Assembly (NCBI GenBank): GCA_010909165.1
Contig: MU008159.1
Location: 1,798,001 to 1,862,000, forward strand
Direction: 5' to 3'
DNA length: 64,000 bases
Source of the DNA: Anthoceros angustus
Taxonomy: Eukaryota; Plantae; Anthocerotophyta
The position numbers were made by a program, and so were the translations under genes. Shown here in pieces: positions 23,473 to 37,700 of this stretch. The first letter of the stretch is position 1, and each line of letters begins with the position of its first letter. The notes under the pieces were generated by a model. The model worked only from the letters and a program-made list of their open reading frames with translations. It ran no database searches and was not told where the DNA came from.

Positions 23473-26400
23473 ATGGCTCCAGCGCCTCCCTCTCCGGGTG
23501 CACTTAGGAAAGCAAAACACGCACTGAAGCGCCGGTGGAGGGAAAAGCAAATTCGAGTTGCATCTTTGCGTGTGGAAGATGGAGCATCTTTGTGCGTAGC
23601 GGATGTTAGGCAAGAGGCGGAGGCGGTCGCATGGAGGAGGATTGTCACGGTGATAATCATACGGCGGAGGGTGGGTGTGAGGCGGCTTCTCCGGATCAAG
23701 AACCCTCAATGAGTGAGGAGGGAACTAGTCTACGAGGGCAAACAGCACCAGGTCCTCTTTCATCCACAGAGCGGTCAAGGCGATTCTGCACGGCAAAGGG
23801 GCGGATCTCACCAGTCGTGATGGGGCCGTGATGCACAATGTGGGCGTGTTGCTCGAGAACTTGGCCACGTTTTCGGATGTAGAACTGCCCACTTCAATTC
23901 GATAGCAAGGCTAAGGTGTTAGATGCTTTTTCCAGCTTCGTGGCCTCAAGGAATTCTTCCTGCCGTTCTTGTAGGGGTGAAGGCTCGAAGCCACATCCTC
24001 GCTCCAAAACATCAGGCGGCCATGAAAAGCTGGAGTGTACAAGCGTCGATCACTTGAAGGCAAGACAAACCTTTATGAATATTGTGCTAACTAACGACGT
24101 GAGGCAAGCAACTGGAGCAGCTGCCTTGGGCCGAGTCCTTGGGGTCAGCAGGTGAGTTGTGGCACGCCATCTTCAAACCCGCGGCGATTTGCAAAGTGCA
24201 CCAGAGGAGGCGCGCTGGTGTGGGTGGGGACGGAAGGCTCGTTCCGATTGTTTGCCCCAAGGGGTTAAGGAAGCTGTTTTGCAATTTTGGGAGTCGGCGT
24301 CAAGGCCTTCCTCCAACTCCAAGGATGCGAGGCGGCAGCGGGTGGCTCCTCTTGTCTTCCGCACGCACATCATCCATTTCCTAGATACCTCTCAGGTGAT
24401 TCAGTTCACGCAATTTCTCTTTGCTGCTTCCACTGGCGGTGCGCACACTGCCACTGGTGGTGAGCGCGTCTCCTTGCCCAGTGCAGGCTAGTCTATGCTT
24501 GCAATGAACACTGCCACTAACCCTTTAACTTGTTTCAGCAAGCCCGTCGGGATCATCACTATATGTGATGACAGCGTGCGTCTTGCATATCCTCTGCATG
24601 TTCGAGTTTCCTCCTGTGGCTGCTGCCGCTTGACTCGCTTCATCTCTTTGCTTGCGCCATGCTTGCCACAGCTCTTGTTTAGTTGCTCTTGCTCTGGTCA
24701 TTTGCCGCTCGATCATTGCTCGGCTCCATGGTCATTTGCCTGTGCTCGAGAACTTGGCCACGTTTTCGGTTGTAGAACTGCCCACTTCAATTCTGATAGC
24801 AAGGCTAAGGTGTTAGATGCTTTTTCCAGGCTTCGTGGCCTCAAGGAATTCTTCCCTGCCGTTGCCGTAGGGGTGAAGGCTCAGGAAGCCACATCCCTCG
24901 CTTTCCACATCAGGCGGCCATGAAAAGCTGGAGTGTACAAGCGTCGATCACTTGAAGGCAAGACAAACCTTTATGAATATTGTGCTAACTAACGTGAGGC
25001 AAGCAAGCGGGCGCCTTGGGCCGAGTCCTTGGGGTCAGCGAGTTGTGGCACGCCATCTTCAAACCCAGCGATTTGCAAAGTGCACGAGGAGGCGCTACCG
25101 GTGTGGGTGGGGACGGAAGGCTCGTTCCGATTGTTTGCCCCAAGGGGTTAAGGAAGCTGTTTTGCAATTTTGGCAGTCGGCGTCAAGGCCTTCCTCCAAC
25201 TCCAAGGATGCGAGGCGGCAGTGGCTCCTCTTGTCTTCCGCATCATCCATTTCCTAGATACCTCTCGGTGATTCGGTTCACAATTTCTCTTTCGCTTTGT
25301 GGCACGCACCTTGGTGAGCGTCTCCTTGCCAGTGCAAGCTAGTCTATTCTTGCAATTGAACACGCCACTAACCCTTTAACTTGTTTCAACAAGCCGTCGG
25401 GATCATCACTATATGTGATAGCTGTAGCTTGCCGTGCTGCTTGTCCTGCATGTTCGAGTTTCCTCTGTGTGCCGCTTGACACCTTCACATCTCTTTGCTT
25501 GCGCCATGCTTGCCACAGCTCTTGTTTAGTTGCTCTTGCTCGGTCATTTGCCGGGCTCGATCATTTGCTCGCTCCATGGTCATTTGCCACAGCTATTGCT
25601 CATTTTCTCGGCTCCGGTCATTTGTACTCGCTCATTTGCTCGCTCCTTGTCATTTGCTCGCTCCTTGTCATTTGCTCGGCTCAGTCATTTGCAGCTATTG
25701 CTCATTTGCTCGCTCCTTCTCATTCGCTCGGCTCTGGTCGGGTTCCAGCTCTGCTCATTTGCCACAGCTCGATCATTGGCCTCCGCTCCTTTGCCATGGC
25801 TACTGATCATTTGCTCTGCGTGCAATGTTCATTTGCTGTAGCTCAGGTTCACTCGAGGATATACAAGGCTCACCTGCTTTGTGAGTGGGGCACTTCATGT
25901 GGCTCTGTGTCCTTTTGTGCAGACCGCTCCACTCTATCTACTTTGTTTGGTCACATCTTGGTGTCCCAGCTTTTAGAGGGAGATGTTCTGAGCATGCATT
26001 GTCGTGAGTGATGTGCAGACGGAGTTTTTTTTGCGCTTTCAAAAGGAGAATCCGGATATCAAGATTGGCCAACGAGCATTCGAGAAACTGAAGCCCTTCT
26101 TCATCAAATCCCTGCAAGAGAGAAATGTCTGTTGTTGCAGGTACCATGTCGAGATGGCATTTTTGAAAGACGCTGAATCTGCTACGCAGTACCGTATCAA
26201 AGGTGCACCTCGTGTGCACGTGTACCTGGGTGTGTGGAGAGGAACCCGAGGAGGGGACAAGTGCCACGCGATCGGAGATGTTTTCATCCGTCCAGAGATG
26301 GTGCACTCTTTTATGCCCTAGAGCACCGGATGAGGGTGGCATAGGCGAAAATGTTTGCTTGGTAAATGCGCTGTGGAGTTTCAAGCGGCCCTCATCCTAA

Positions 26401-27959
26401 GGAGGTTTCACAAGCATTTTTGCCGGAGATGAAGCTGAAGTGGCGGTGCTTCAAATATCAGAAGGTGGGAGTGAATGAGGACGGAACCTCCAAGTCCAGA
26501 ATAAAAGCTAGTTTATAGGGAAACCCATCCGTCGGCAATGATTGAATTTCTTAAGGATAAATTGACTACTTTCATTTCACATGACTACATCCAAAGATGG
26601 CAAGCCCTGGAGTTTCGGAAGTGCATTGATTGGTTTCCCGAGGATGTGATAGTTTCTATTATGGACTTTTCGCAGAACTATGCTTTTCAAGTTCAGAATG
26701 AGATACAATCAATGCACTGGCATAGTGATCAAGTTACTATTCTAGTTCATGTTACATATATGCGGATGGGGCCAGTGGTGGAGGAGGACCCCTGCTGTAA
26801 TGTTCAGAAGTTTTACCACTTTTACATTAGTGATGACATGCAGCATGACACTCTCTTTGTCCAGCATGCCCTTATGCTACATTGGGACTGGCTACTGTCA
26901 AATGGATACAAGAGTCCACGAGAGCATTGGATGTGGTCGGATGGTGCAGCTTCGCAGTTTAAGGCTTGCAGACCAAGCTATTTTGTGGCGAGGTACCCAA
27001 GTCTAAGGAGGATGCGAGAATCTTTGTGGAGCTATTTTGGGTCGAGCCACGGAAAGGGGAGCACGACGGGCCATATTAAAGAGGGCACTACGTCAAGAGT
27101 CACCTTCATCGACGAGGCTGCGAGCCGCGGATGTTGTCGACTTCTGCGGTCCAAGTATATCCAATGGGGCTGCATCCTCCTATGCAAGTGGAGAAAGGCA
27201 GGTGCAAAGGGTTTTTGGTTGGTGGGAAAGAATGAAGTCAACCGCAGTGGGGTGTGCACCAATCCGGGTTCTAAAGGCATGCACATATATGGTGACTCGT
27301 GGATGCAACCAACCCTCGGCTCAAGATGCGGCATCTTGCGTGTTTTTGTCTTTGTGTGCATGGGCGGTGACCATGGAGCATGTGAGGCAGTGCCCTATAG
27401 CATATGGCATTGATTACTCGAGGCGGACGGTAGAAGGGCGTTGGTGGTCGGACCGGACACGCACCATTGTCGCTACATGCGGTTGGTCCAGATGGGCCAC
27501 GATCCTCTGCTAATGGTGTTGCTAGTGAAGATGTCTCGAAATTGCACCTCTTGGAGCTTGGAGACAACTTTGTGGTGCGTCACGGATCCGAGGCGAAGGT
27601 TCAACTTTTTATTTGGCAAAGTGCCATTGCGTGCATGTGACCACGGAGCACATTACATCCAGGCGGACAAAATTTCCTCCAGGATAAGGTGGTTGTGGGC
27701 CGGACTACTCGGGTTGAGCCGGATGGTTGTGTGTACACTTTGGATCATGAGGTCTGGAGGTCACCCTTCTTTCATCCTACGTGGAGACTGCAAGTTCCCA
27801 CTTTTGGAACGCGTGGAAGGAGGCCGATTAGTGTATGTGCTTGACTCGGACACGGTCGAGTCCTTTAAGGAGCTTGTGAGGGAGGGAAACCAACCCATTT
27901 GTGTTTTCGTGTCGACTCTAAGGCCTCAATTGTACATATGCCAAACGAAATTGAAATGA
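23473..27959 (+). pseudogene. Sola2-like transposase, spliced (intron about 24396-26018), frameshifted
   Basis: RKARSDCL..VLQFW..SRPSSNSKD, HFLDTSQ|TEFF, IKIGQRAFEKLKPFF..RNVCCCRYH, DFSQNY..QNEIQSMHW..QVT, SDD..HD, WSDGAASQFK, WSYFGSSHGKG(E)HDG, C-terminal RHLACFC. Confidence 0.85.
25535..25850 (+). repeat. Degenerate ~18-20-bp repeat in the transposase intron
   Basis: catttgctcgctccttgt and variants. Confidence 0.8.
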
Positions 27960-28164
27960 CCTTGACGAACTTGTAAATACCATGGTGGTTGCTCAAGATG
28001 TGGCCATATTCACACTGTGATGACCCGCTCCACTCCGCTTGGGATCCGGAGCACTTTGCTTGACTTGCGACCTTGCGGGTGACAATGCCCAACTTAAGCG
28101 CCTTTTAAAACCCCATCTCGTGGAAGACCTTGGAAGAGCCAAAGATTGATGCAAGTGAGCCATG

Positions 28165-28320
28165 GCCACGGCGTCAGTGCGGTGTCGGTGCGATGGCGGT
28201 AGCGGTGTCGGTGCGATGGCGGCGGGTGTTCTGCGATGGCGGTAGCGGTGTTGTGCGATGGCGGCGGGTGTCGGTGCGATGGCGGTGCACGGGTGTCGGT
28301 GCGATGGCGGATGCAGATGG
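28165..28320 (+). repeat. GC-rich tandem repeat between the two convergent genes
   Basis: Core gtgtcggtgcgatggcg, about 6 copies. Confidence 0.85.
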
Positions 28321-29389
28321 TAGGCGGAGACCATTCATGGCTCGGGCGACCCTCTTGGGCAAGTGTCCGGAAGACTTGCGTAGTCATTTGGTGGTGATGC
28401 GGCAACCCGGATCCGGTATGGATGCGGAAAGGGTCGCCACGGCCAGCGAGGCGTCGGTGATCACGTGCGTCGGTGGCCCACCAGAGGATGAGGCTGAGGA
28501 TACACAATCAGTGAAGTCAAGCTAGTCTCTAAGAAGGAACCAAGAAAAGGGCCATCTAGTGTTTGGGAGAAGTTCGTTATTCCCTGGCCCATGTTTGTTC
28601 TTGCGTGTTTAGGTGTGGTGTGTGTTGGAAGGAAGGCTCTCCCTGTGTACATGCAGGAGGCGCTATTGTTTCTCAATTGAAGCACTTCAAAATTGTCCAG
28701 CATTCTATCAAGTATGTCAAGCGGTGTCTTTTCTAGTCTCTCCATTGTCCGGTTGTCTAGCCACCTCTGATTCAGCGTTTGACATGTGCCTCTAGGGCTT
28801 CCTCTAGCGTGGCAGCAAGGGCTTACCCAATACTTGGGCTTGTCCTTCTTGTTGTGGGGATCCACTGTCACCTCCGGCATCTCGACTTTGGCTGCAGACG
28901 CATGCCTGAGCGAGACAGTTGCCCAAGCTTCCCTTGTTCGGGTATAGCCCGGCCCTACTTCCACATAATAATTACCTTCAACAACCTCGGCGCCTTTGCG
29001 AATTGGGCGACCCTTCCAAAACTTGTCTTCATGCTGCCTCGAGCTGCGAACACCCTCGACACACCGAGGAGGTAGAATTTAACGTTCTGCATTGCACGCT
29101 ACGTACCATATAGTTGTCTCCAGGCTCCAACTCTCGCACTCCCGAGGACAAGTGACTAGTCTTCGGTCTTGATGAATGCTTCGGTTTGGTCGTCTTTGGA
29201 GCCTTCCGCTTCGTGCCTCTACTCCCAGAGCGGGTCCCCATCCCCTCGGCAGCCTCACTATTATCATGCTGCACCAAACCTGTGCCCACCCCACTCACAT
29301 TTCCAGCCTCACTATTACCATCTTGCACCAAACCTGCCCACCCCACTCACATTTCCAGCCTCAGACACCTCCACCCCAGCCTGCTCCAC

Positions 29390-29835
29390 CTGACATGTGT
29401 CCTTGTCCACTTCAGGTCCATCATCCTTCGCCTCATGAGATGTGTCCTCATTCTCCACCTCAGGTGTGTCCCTATCCACCTCAAGTGGGGCCTTCTCAAC
29501 CTCAAGTGTGTCATTCTCCACCTCATGTGTGGCCTTTGTCTGGTCAGGTGTGGCCTTCTCTACCTGATGCCCCTCCATGTCCACCTCAAGCGTGTCCTTG
29601 TCCACCTCTAGTGTGGCCTTCTCAACCTGAGCTATGTCATTCTCCACCTCATGTGTGGCACTTTTCTGCCCAGGTGTGGCCTTCACCTCGTAGCTCCTGT
29701 CCACCTCATGTGTCCTTGTCCACCTCAAATGTGGCATTCTCCACTATAAGTGTGGCCTTTTCCGCTCGGATGTGGCCTTCTTCACCTCATGCGGCTCATT
29801 CTCCACCTCCGCATTGGGCGTCGCTTCCTCAGGTG
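29390..29835 (-). repeat. 21-bp tandem repeat encoding acidic heptapeptides (EVDKDTH/EVEKATL)
   Basis: ccacctcatgtgtccttgt-like units, about 20 copies. Confidence 0.9.
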
Positions 29836-31274
29836 TGGGCGTTGTTGCAAAGTTGTCCAAAACTTCTGCATCATGTAAAAAGTCATCAAGTGCTTGGGGT
29901 TGGATGTCGTCCACTAAGCCGCCAACCACGTCATCACCTCCATGAACCTCCTGATCTGCCTCCCCCCACACTGCACCTCGTTCCACGCCCACTGGGTCTT
30001 CTGTGATCCCGCCGTGGGTGTCATCAACTGCAGCAATTCCATTGTTGCAACCTTCTCGAGGCCTACACCGATTGACCCCTTGCATTGGAGTCGTTTTTCA
30101 CCGAGGCGGGTCCAAGCACCCCTCGTGCCACGACCGCACGCCAAAATCGAGCCAGAAGAGCCGCCGGTGGCAAGCAGTGGCCGTGTTCAATGGGAACACG
30201 GTGGCACTTGTCACCGGCGGCTTTTCATAGCAAGGCTGTAAAAACGCGATGATAGCATTAGACTTTGGAGGAAAGCAACACGGTGCAAAGGAGAACCCTA
30301 TTCCTCGGCACACACCCTCTACACACACCTGGAGATGCTGCTGCCCGCATGTCCTGGCGGTGGCTACGGCGGATCTTCTCAAGGCGGGACAGCAATGCAT
30401 CCGGATCCTTTACCAGCTCAAGGTACTCAGATTTCCACTCCTTGAGTATTCCACCTGCGCCTGCATCTGTTCCTGCGGAAGGTCCCAACCTTTTGCGACA
30501 TACCACCGGGTGTCCACATCCATGCTGCAGTCTTCCAGGGCACATGTCTTGTTGGTCTGCAAATGGGAAAAAGGCAAAATTCATGGTACATATGCCGCAC
30601 GAGAGCAAAACCACTCATTGCAGCCAAACCACCTGCAATGACACGCACTCAATGAGAAACAAGGTGGACACCAGTTCCAGACAAGAAAACAGATCCGCAC
30701 AGTACACCGAAAGAATACCTTGCGCATATAGGGCAAGCATTCACGAATTGTTGGCCCGGTCGCTCCAATGGCGCTGGAAGGAAGTTGGTGCGACCGGGCC
30801 TCCCCCACTTCAACATCCATGACGCAAGAGACTTGAGGATGTTGAACATCCTCCTTTCGGTCAACAACGCAAGCCTTGAAGCTCATGTTGGGCGGCGGTC
30901 CTCTGCTAACTCCTCAACCCAGGTACAGGGTTTTCTCCAGAGTGTACAAGGCTTGAAGCTGGCCCGAAAGGTGGCTGATTAGGGATCTGTGCCCTTGAAT
31001 GTCCTCAAAAGTCTCGTCCTCGTCAATGCTCTTCTGCACCATCTCCATTTCTTGAGAACACTTGCGGATGTCGAACGCCACCTCCCAAGTCTCTTTTCAC
31101 CGTCAATGCTTGCTTCACCTCCTTTGCGGTGGCATCCACCTTGTCAAGTTGCATTCACATCCGCCAACTCCCAGACTGGATCGGTGGTCGGCGAGGATGG
31201 TAGCCACCTTGCTCTTCCTTCGCGTCTGCCCTCACACATCATCACCGAGTTACTCATCCACCCTTCCCGGTGGA

Positions 31275-31790
31275 ACATTATTGCATGCAAAGTGGCATTG
31301 TGCCACCGTAGAACCAATATGCGAGCCTAGGAAAAGTGGCCTTGGGCACGAAGTGGAAGCAGACGAGTAAATGACTAGGGTGCAACGCACATGTGGCAGA
31401 GTGGACCAGAATTGCAGGCAAAGTGGCATTGTGCACAGTGGAACAAATGTGCGGAAAAATGACATTGGGCATGTGAAGTGGAAGATGCATACGAGCAAAT
31501 GAGGGTGCAACGCACATGTGGCGAGTGGACCGATGCAAAGTGGCATTGTGCACACAGGTGGAACAAATGAGCAGGAAAAATGACATTGGGCACAGGAAGT
31601 GGAAGACAGACACATAGCAAATGATCAGGGTGCAACGCACATGTGGCAGAGTGGACCAGAATTGCAAGCAAAGTGGCCTTGTACACATAGGTGGAACAAA
31701 ATGCAGATAAACTGACATTGGACACACCAAGCGGATGAGAAACAAACAGCACATGACTAGGGTGCGACGCACATGTCGCTCAACAACAGT
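31275..31790. repeat. ~110-120-bp tandem repeat, probably intronic; repeated again at 33230-33700
   Basis: Recurring aaagtggcattgtgcac..gtggaacaaatg..aaaaatgacattgggca..aagtggaag..gggtgcaacgcacatgtggc. Confidence 0.85.
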
Positions 31791-34700
31791 CGAGTTCGGC
31801 AGATAAGCTAGTGCATGGTGCACTTCACATGAGCCTACACTATGTCAAAATAGGTTGACTGACAAGGAGGGCCATCCTGGGTGCTCCTTAGAGGATACTA
31901 GGTAGTCTAGAGGGACTTAGCGACCAGGCATGCGGAACAGAAGATAAATCAGGCATGTTAGACAACCTTGGAGAGACAAAATAAAAAACAAGCACATCCT
32001 ACCATGAGGTGGCTGCTGCTCATGTCCTGTGGGCTTCCCTACAATGAGTAGGGGCTCTTCCTCCTTGACTCCTGCAGCCTTCACCGCCTCTGCCCGCTTT
32101 CCCTCTCGTATTTCTCGTTTCTTATTCCTTCCGGATTGGGTCTTCTCGTGAAACACCCTCCAGTTCACCTCAACGCCAGCAAGTTTCTCCAGCGCAATCC
32201 CAAGGGCCATAAGCCTAGGGATCCGCTTCTCCCCCAAGCTGGGCCTCAACTCGTACATGCCATAAACAAGAACATCAATTTCCCTCCATTCTTCTTGAGG
32301 CGGTTCCCAACCATGCCCTCGTTAAAAGGGGGCCAAAAGCTTCTCCACCTCCTCATTCCCCAACATTTCCCTCGGTCCATTTGAGCCCCAAGTCTTTGAC
32401 ATCCACCCCGGCTAGCGGATCGCCATCGCCGCCCTCCATGTCCATCTTGCCATGGGCTCTTTCGCTTCCGCCCATATTCCCTCAAGCGCTCTCTTTGCTG
32501 CTGCGGCGCTCCTTCCCTTTCCGGCTCCGCTTTTCCGCTGCCCTACTTTTGGATTCCATGGATCTGCCACTTCGGCGCTTGGGCACCTCAGGTGAGGTCG
32601 CTTCCACCTCACCTCCAGTCTCGTCACTCACCAGATGAGTGCCCAGAGCTCCCCTCCTGAGTGTGGTCTTCCACATCTCTGGCGTCCTCGCTTTCTTCAA
32701 GCTCCGGACGTCTGCCCTTAGATGAATTCCCTCTGCACACACAACCCACATCAAGGACCACTGTTAAGTTACATGGAAAGCACGGTTAGGCAGACAGCGA
32801 GCACCATCCACATCTGCAGCATCAAAGCACTCGAGCCGCCTCGGAGCCACTTCTTGCCGCGGCCAAGTCCCCATCGCGACGGCCCCTTGTCCTCCGCCAT
32901 CCAGCTCTCGCCGTGCGAGGCCCATGTCCTAGCCCCAAACCACTGGGCTCGAGGAAGGGCTCCACAAGCCGGGTCTCGGGACATGAGCTTAGAGGTGCCT
33001 CCCACCTTGGGCGTGAGGCCTTGCACTTGGATCACCACCTCACCCAATCGCACCTAAACTTTCCAAACATGCAATCATACAGGGCATCCACCTTGTCAAG
33101 TTGCATTCACATCCGCCAACTCCCAGACACGGACTGTGGTCGAGGATGGTAGCCACCTTGCTCTTCCTTCGCGTGCTGCCCTCACCGATCATCACCGAAG
33201 TTACTCATCCACCCTTCCAAAGGAACATTATTGCATGCAAAGTGGCATTGTGCCACCGTAGAACCAATATGCGAGCCTAGGAAAAGTGGCCTTGGGCATG
33301 AAGTGGAAGCAGACAGAGTAAATGACGGTGCAACGACATGTGGCAGTGGACAATTGCATGCAAGTGGCATTGTGCACATAAATGTGAAAAATGACATTGG
33401 GCATGAAGTGGAAGATGACACATAGCAAATGACGAGGGTGCAATGCACATGTGGCGAGTGGACAGTGCAAAGTGGCATTGTGCACACAGTGGAACAAATG
33501 AGCAGGAAAAATGACATTGGGCAGGAAGTGGAAGATGACACATAGCAATGATCGTGGTGCAACGCATGTGGCGAGTGGACCGAATTGCGTGCAAAGTGGC
33601 CTTGTACACATAGGTGGAACAAAGCTGCAGATAAGACATTGGACACACCAAGCGGATGAGAAACAAGCACATGACTAGGGTGCGACGCACATGTCGCTCA
33701 ACAACCAGTGTCCGAGTTCATCAGATAAGCTAGTGCATGGTGCACTTCACATGAGCCTACACTATGTCAAAAGGTTGACGACAAGGAGGGCACTGGTGCT
33801 CCTTAGAGGATACTAGGTAGTCTAGAGGACTTAGCGACTGCGGAATGGGGAAGATAAATGCATGTTAGACAACCTTGGAGAGACAAAATAAAAACAAGCA
33901 CATCCTACCATGAGGTGGTCATGTCCTGGGCTTCCCTACAATGAGTAGGGGCTCTTCCTCCTTGACTCGCCTTCACCGCCCGCCCGCTTTTCCTCTCGTA
34001 TTTCTTCTTATTCCTTCCGGATTGGGTCTTCGTGAAACACCCTCCGATTCACCTCAACGCCAAGAAGTTTCTCCAGCAATCCCAAGGGCCATAAGCCTAG
34101 GGATCCGCTTCTCCCAAGCTGGGCCTCAACTCGTACATGCCATAAACAAGAACATCAATTTCCCTCCATTCTTCTTGAGGCGCAGCCTCCCCAACCATGC
34201 CCTCGTTAAACTGGGGCCAAAAGCTTCCACCTCCTCATTCCCCAACATTTCCCCAGAGCCCCAAGTCTTTGACATCCACACAACGGATGCGCCATCGCCC
34301 GCCCATGTCCATCTTGCCATGGGCTCTTCGCCCATATTCCTCCAAGCGCTCTCTGCCGCCGCTTTGCCGCTCCTTCCTTCCGGCCCGCTTTCCCTACTTT
34401 TGGATTCCATGGATCTACTTGGCGCTTGGGCACCTGTGAGGTCGCCCACCTCACCTCCGCCTCGCCACTGCAGATGAGTGCCCAGGCTCCCCTCCCGAGT
34501 GTGGTCTTCCACATCTTTGGCGCCTCGCTTTCAAGCTCCGGACGCCCGCCTAGATGAATTCCTCCGCACACACAACCCACATCAAGGACCACTGTTAAGT
34601 TACATGGAAAGCACGGTTAGGCGTGACAATGAGCACCATCCACATCTGCAGCATCAAAGCACTCGAGCCTCGAGCTGCCACCGCCGAGCTGGCCAAGTCC

Positions 34701-37700
34701 CCATCGCGACGGCCCGCCTTGTCCTCCGCCATCCGCAGCCTGCACAGGCCCATGTCCTAGCCCCAAACCACGGCTGGGCTCGAGGAAGGGCTCCACAAGC
34801 CGGGTCTCGGGACATGAGCTTAGAGGTGCCTCCCACCTTGGGCGTAGAGGCCTTGCACTTGACGATCACCACCTCACCCAATCGCACCTAAACTTTCCAA
34901 ACATGCAATCATACCGGAGGCCGTCCATCCGGCTTCCGAGCTCCTAGGTGGGCGTTTCCTACAGATGTGCACGATCTTTGTCGAGGCGAGGTCATGGCGG
35001 CAAGCGCAAGCCCCGAACCCGGCAATTGCGGCTGGGCGACCTACTCGCAGATTGGTGGCTCGAACTTGGCTGTCCTCCCGGCGGCTGGCCCGATCTCCCT
35101 TCCGCCCTGCAGCCTCTAACCGTGGGGACCTCATTGTGGATGAGTGGGCACCCTCCTCCCTTCCTCCTGAACACTCCAAATGGCGATGGTGGCCGCGCCT
35201 CAGAGCTCCTGCCAAGTCGAACACCGCGGCTTCACGCCCAGTGCTTTTCCCAAGTTCCCAGACATGACTAGGTGCGACGCACATGTCGCTCAACAACCAG
35301 TGTCCGAGATCGAGGATAAGCTAGTGCATGGTGCACTTCACATGAGCCTACACTATGTCAAAAGGTTGACTGACAAGGAGGGCCATCCTGGTGCTCCTTA
35401 GAGGATACTAGGTAGTCTAGAGGACTTAGCGACTGTGCATGCGGAGCAGAAGATAAATGTGCATGTTAGACAACCTTGAGAGAGACAAAATAAAAACAAG
35501 CACATCCTACCATGAGGTGGCTGCTGCTCATGTCTGTGGGCTTCCCTACAATGAGTAGGGGCTCTTCCTCCTTGACTCGCAGCCTTCACCGCCTCGCCCG
35601 CTTTTCCTCTCAGATTTCGCTTATTCCTTCCGGATTGGGTCTTCTCGTGAAACACCCTCCAGTTCACCTCAACGCCAAGAAGTTTCTCCAAGCGCAATCC
35701 CAAGGGCCATAAGCCTAGGGATCCGCTTCTCCCAAGCTGGGCCTCAACTCGTACATGCCATAAACAAGAACATCAATTTCCCTCCATTCTTCTTGAGGCG
35801 GTTCCCGCCAACCATGCCCTCGTTAAACTGGGGCCAAAAGCTTCTCCACCTCCTCATTCCCCAACATTTCCTCACCATTTAGCCCCAAGTCTTTGACATC
35901 CACCCCAAAGACAACGGATGCGCCATCGCCCGCCTCCATGTCCATCTTGCCATGGGCTCTTCGCCGCCATATTCCTCCAAGCGCTCTTTGCCGCCGCTGG
36001 CCCTTCCCTTCCGGCCCGCTTTTCACCGCCCTACTTTTGGATTCCATGGATCGCCACTTGGCGCTTGGGCACCTGTGAGGTCGCTTCCACCTCACCTCCG
36101 CCTCGCCACTGCAGATGAGTGCCCAGCTCCCCTCCCGAGTGTGGTCTTCCACATCTGGCGCCTCGCTTTCAAGCTCCGGACGCCCTTAGATGAATTCCTC
36201 CGCACACACAACCCACATCAAGGACCACTGTTACATGGAAAGCACGGTTAGGCGGTGAGCACCATCCACATCTGCAGCATCAAAGCACTCAGCACCGCCT
36301 CGAGCTGCCACTGGCCGCTGGCCAAGTCCCCATCGCGACGGCCCGCCTTGTCCTCCGCCATCCGCAGCCTCGCCAGGCAACGAGGCCCATGTCCTAGCCC
36401 CAAACCACGGCTGGGCTCGAGGAGGGCTCCACAAGCCGGGTCTCGGGACATGAGCTTAGAGGTGCCTCCCACCTTGGGCGTGAGGCCTTGCACTTGGATC
36501 ACCACCTCACCCAATCGCACCTAAACTTTCCAAACATGCAATCATACAGGGCATCCACGGCTTCAGCTCCTAGGTGGGCGTTTCCTACAGATGTGCACGA
36601 TCTTTGTCGAGGCGAGGTCATGGCGGCCGCCCGAACCCGGCAATTGCGGCTGGGCGACCTACTCGCAGATTGGTGGCTCGAACTTGGCTGTCCTCCCGGC
36701 GGCTGGCCCGATCTCCCTTCCGCCCTGCAGCCTTCACCGCCTCCCCGCTTCCCTCCTCGTATTTCGCTTATTCCTTCCGGATTGGGTCTTCTCGTGAAAC
36801 ACCCTCCAGTTCACCTCAACGCCAAGAAGTTTCTCGCAATCCCAAGGGCCATAAGCCTAGGGATCCGCTTCTCCCCAAGTCGGGCCTCAACTCGTACATG
36901 CCATAAACAAGAACATCAATTTCCCTCCATTCTTCTTGAGGCGCAGTTCCCGCCAACCATGCCCCTCAAAACTGGGGCCAAAAGCTTCCACCTCCTCATT
37001 CCCCAACATTTCCCTCCCATTTGAGCCCCAAGTCTTTGACATCCACCCCAAGACAACGGATGCCGCCATCACCGCCTCCATGTCCATCTTGCCATGGGCT
37101 CTTCGCCGCCATATTCCTCCAAGCGCCTTTGCTGCGCCGCGCCCTTCCCTTCCGGCCCGCTTTTCCGCCCTACTTTTGGATTCCATGGATCGCCACTTGG
37201 CTTGGGCACCTGTGTGAGGTCGCCCACCTCACCTCCGCCTCGCCACTGCAGATGAGTGCCCAGAGCTCCCCTCCCGAGTGTGGTCTTCCACATCTTTGGC
37301 GCCCTTTCAAGCTCCGGACGCCCGCCTTAGATGAATTCCTCCGCACACAACCCACATCAAGGACCACTGCGGTTACATGGAAAGCCTAGCGTATGAGCAC
37401 CATCCACATCTGCAGCATCAAAGCACTGAGACCGCCGAGCTGGCCATCGCCGCCGAGCCAAGTCCCCATCGCGACGGCCCGCCTTGTCCTCCGCCATCCG
37501 CAGCCGTGCAACGAGGCCCATGTCCTAGCCCCAAACCACTGGCTCGAGGAGGGCTCCACAAGCCGGGTCTCGGGACATGAGCTTAGAGGTGCCTCCCACC
37601 TTGGGCGTAAGAGGCCTTGCACTTGACGATCACCACCTCACCCAATCGCACCTAAACTTTCCAAACATGCAATCATACTGAGGCCATCCCGGCTTCCGAG

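Noticed and set aside
29176-30006. Pro/Cys-rich extensin-like ORF on +
   Set aside because: Arises from the 21-bp repeat. The flanking coding signal is on the minus strand.
32778-32790. Internal copy of the Sola2 TIR core (aagcacggttagg)
   Set aside because: Only 13 bp, lacks the terminal GGG and a TSD. May be chance, so it is not called as an element end.
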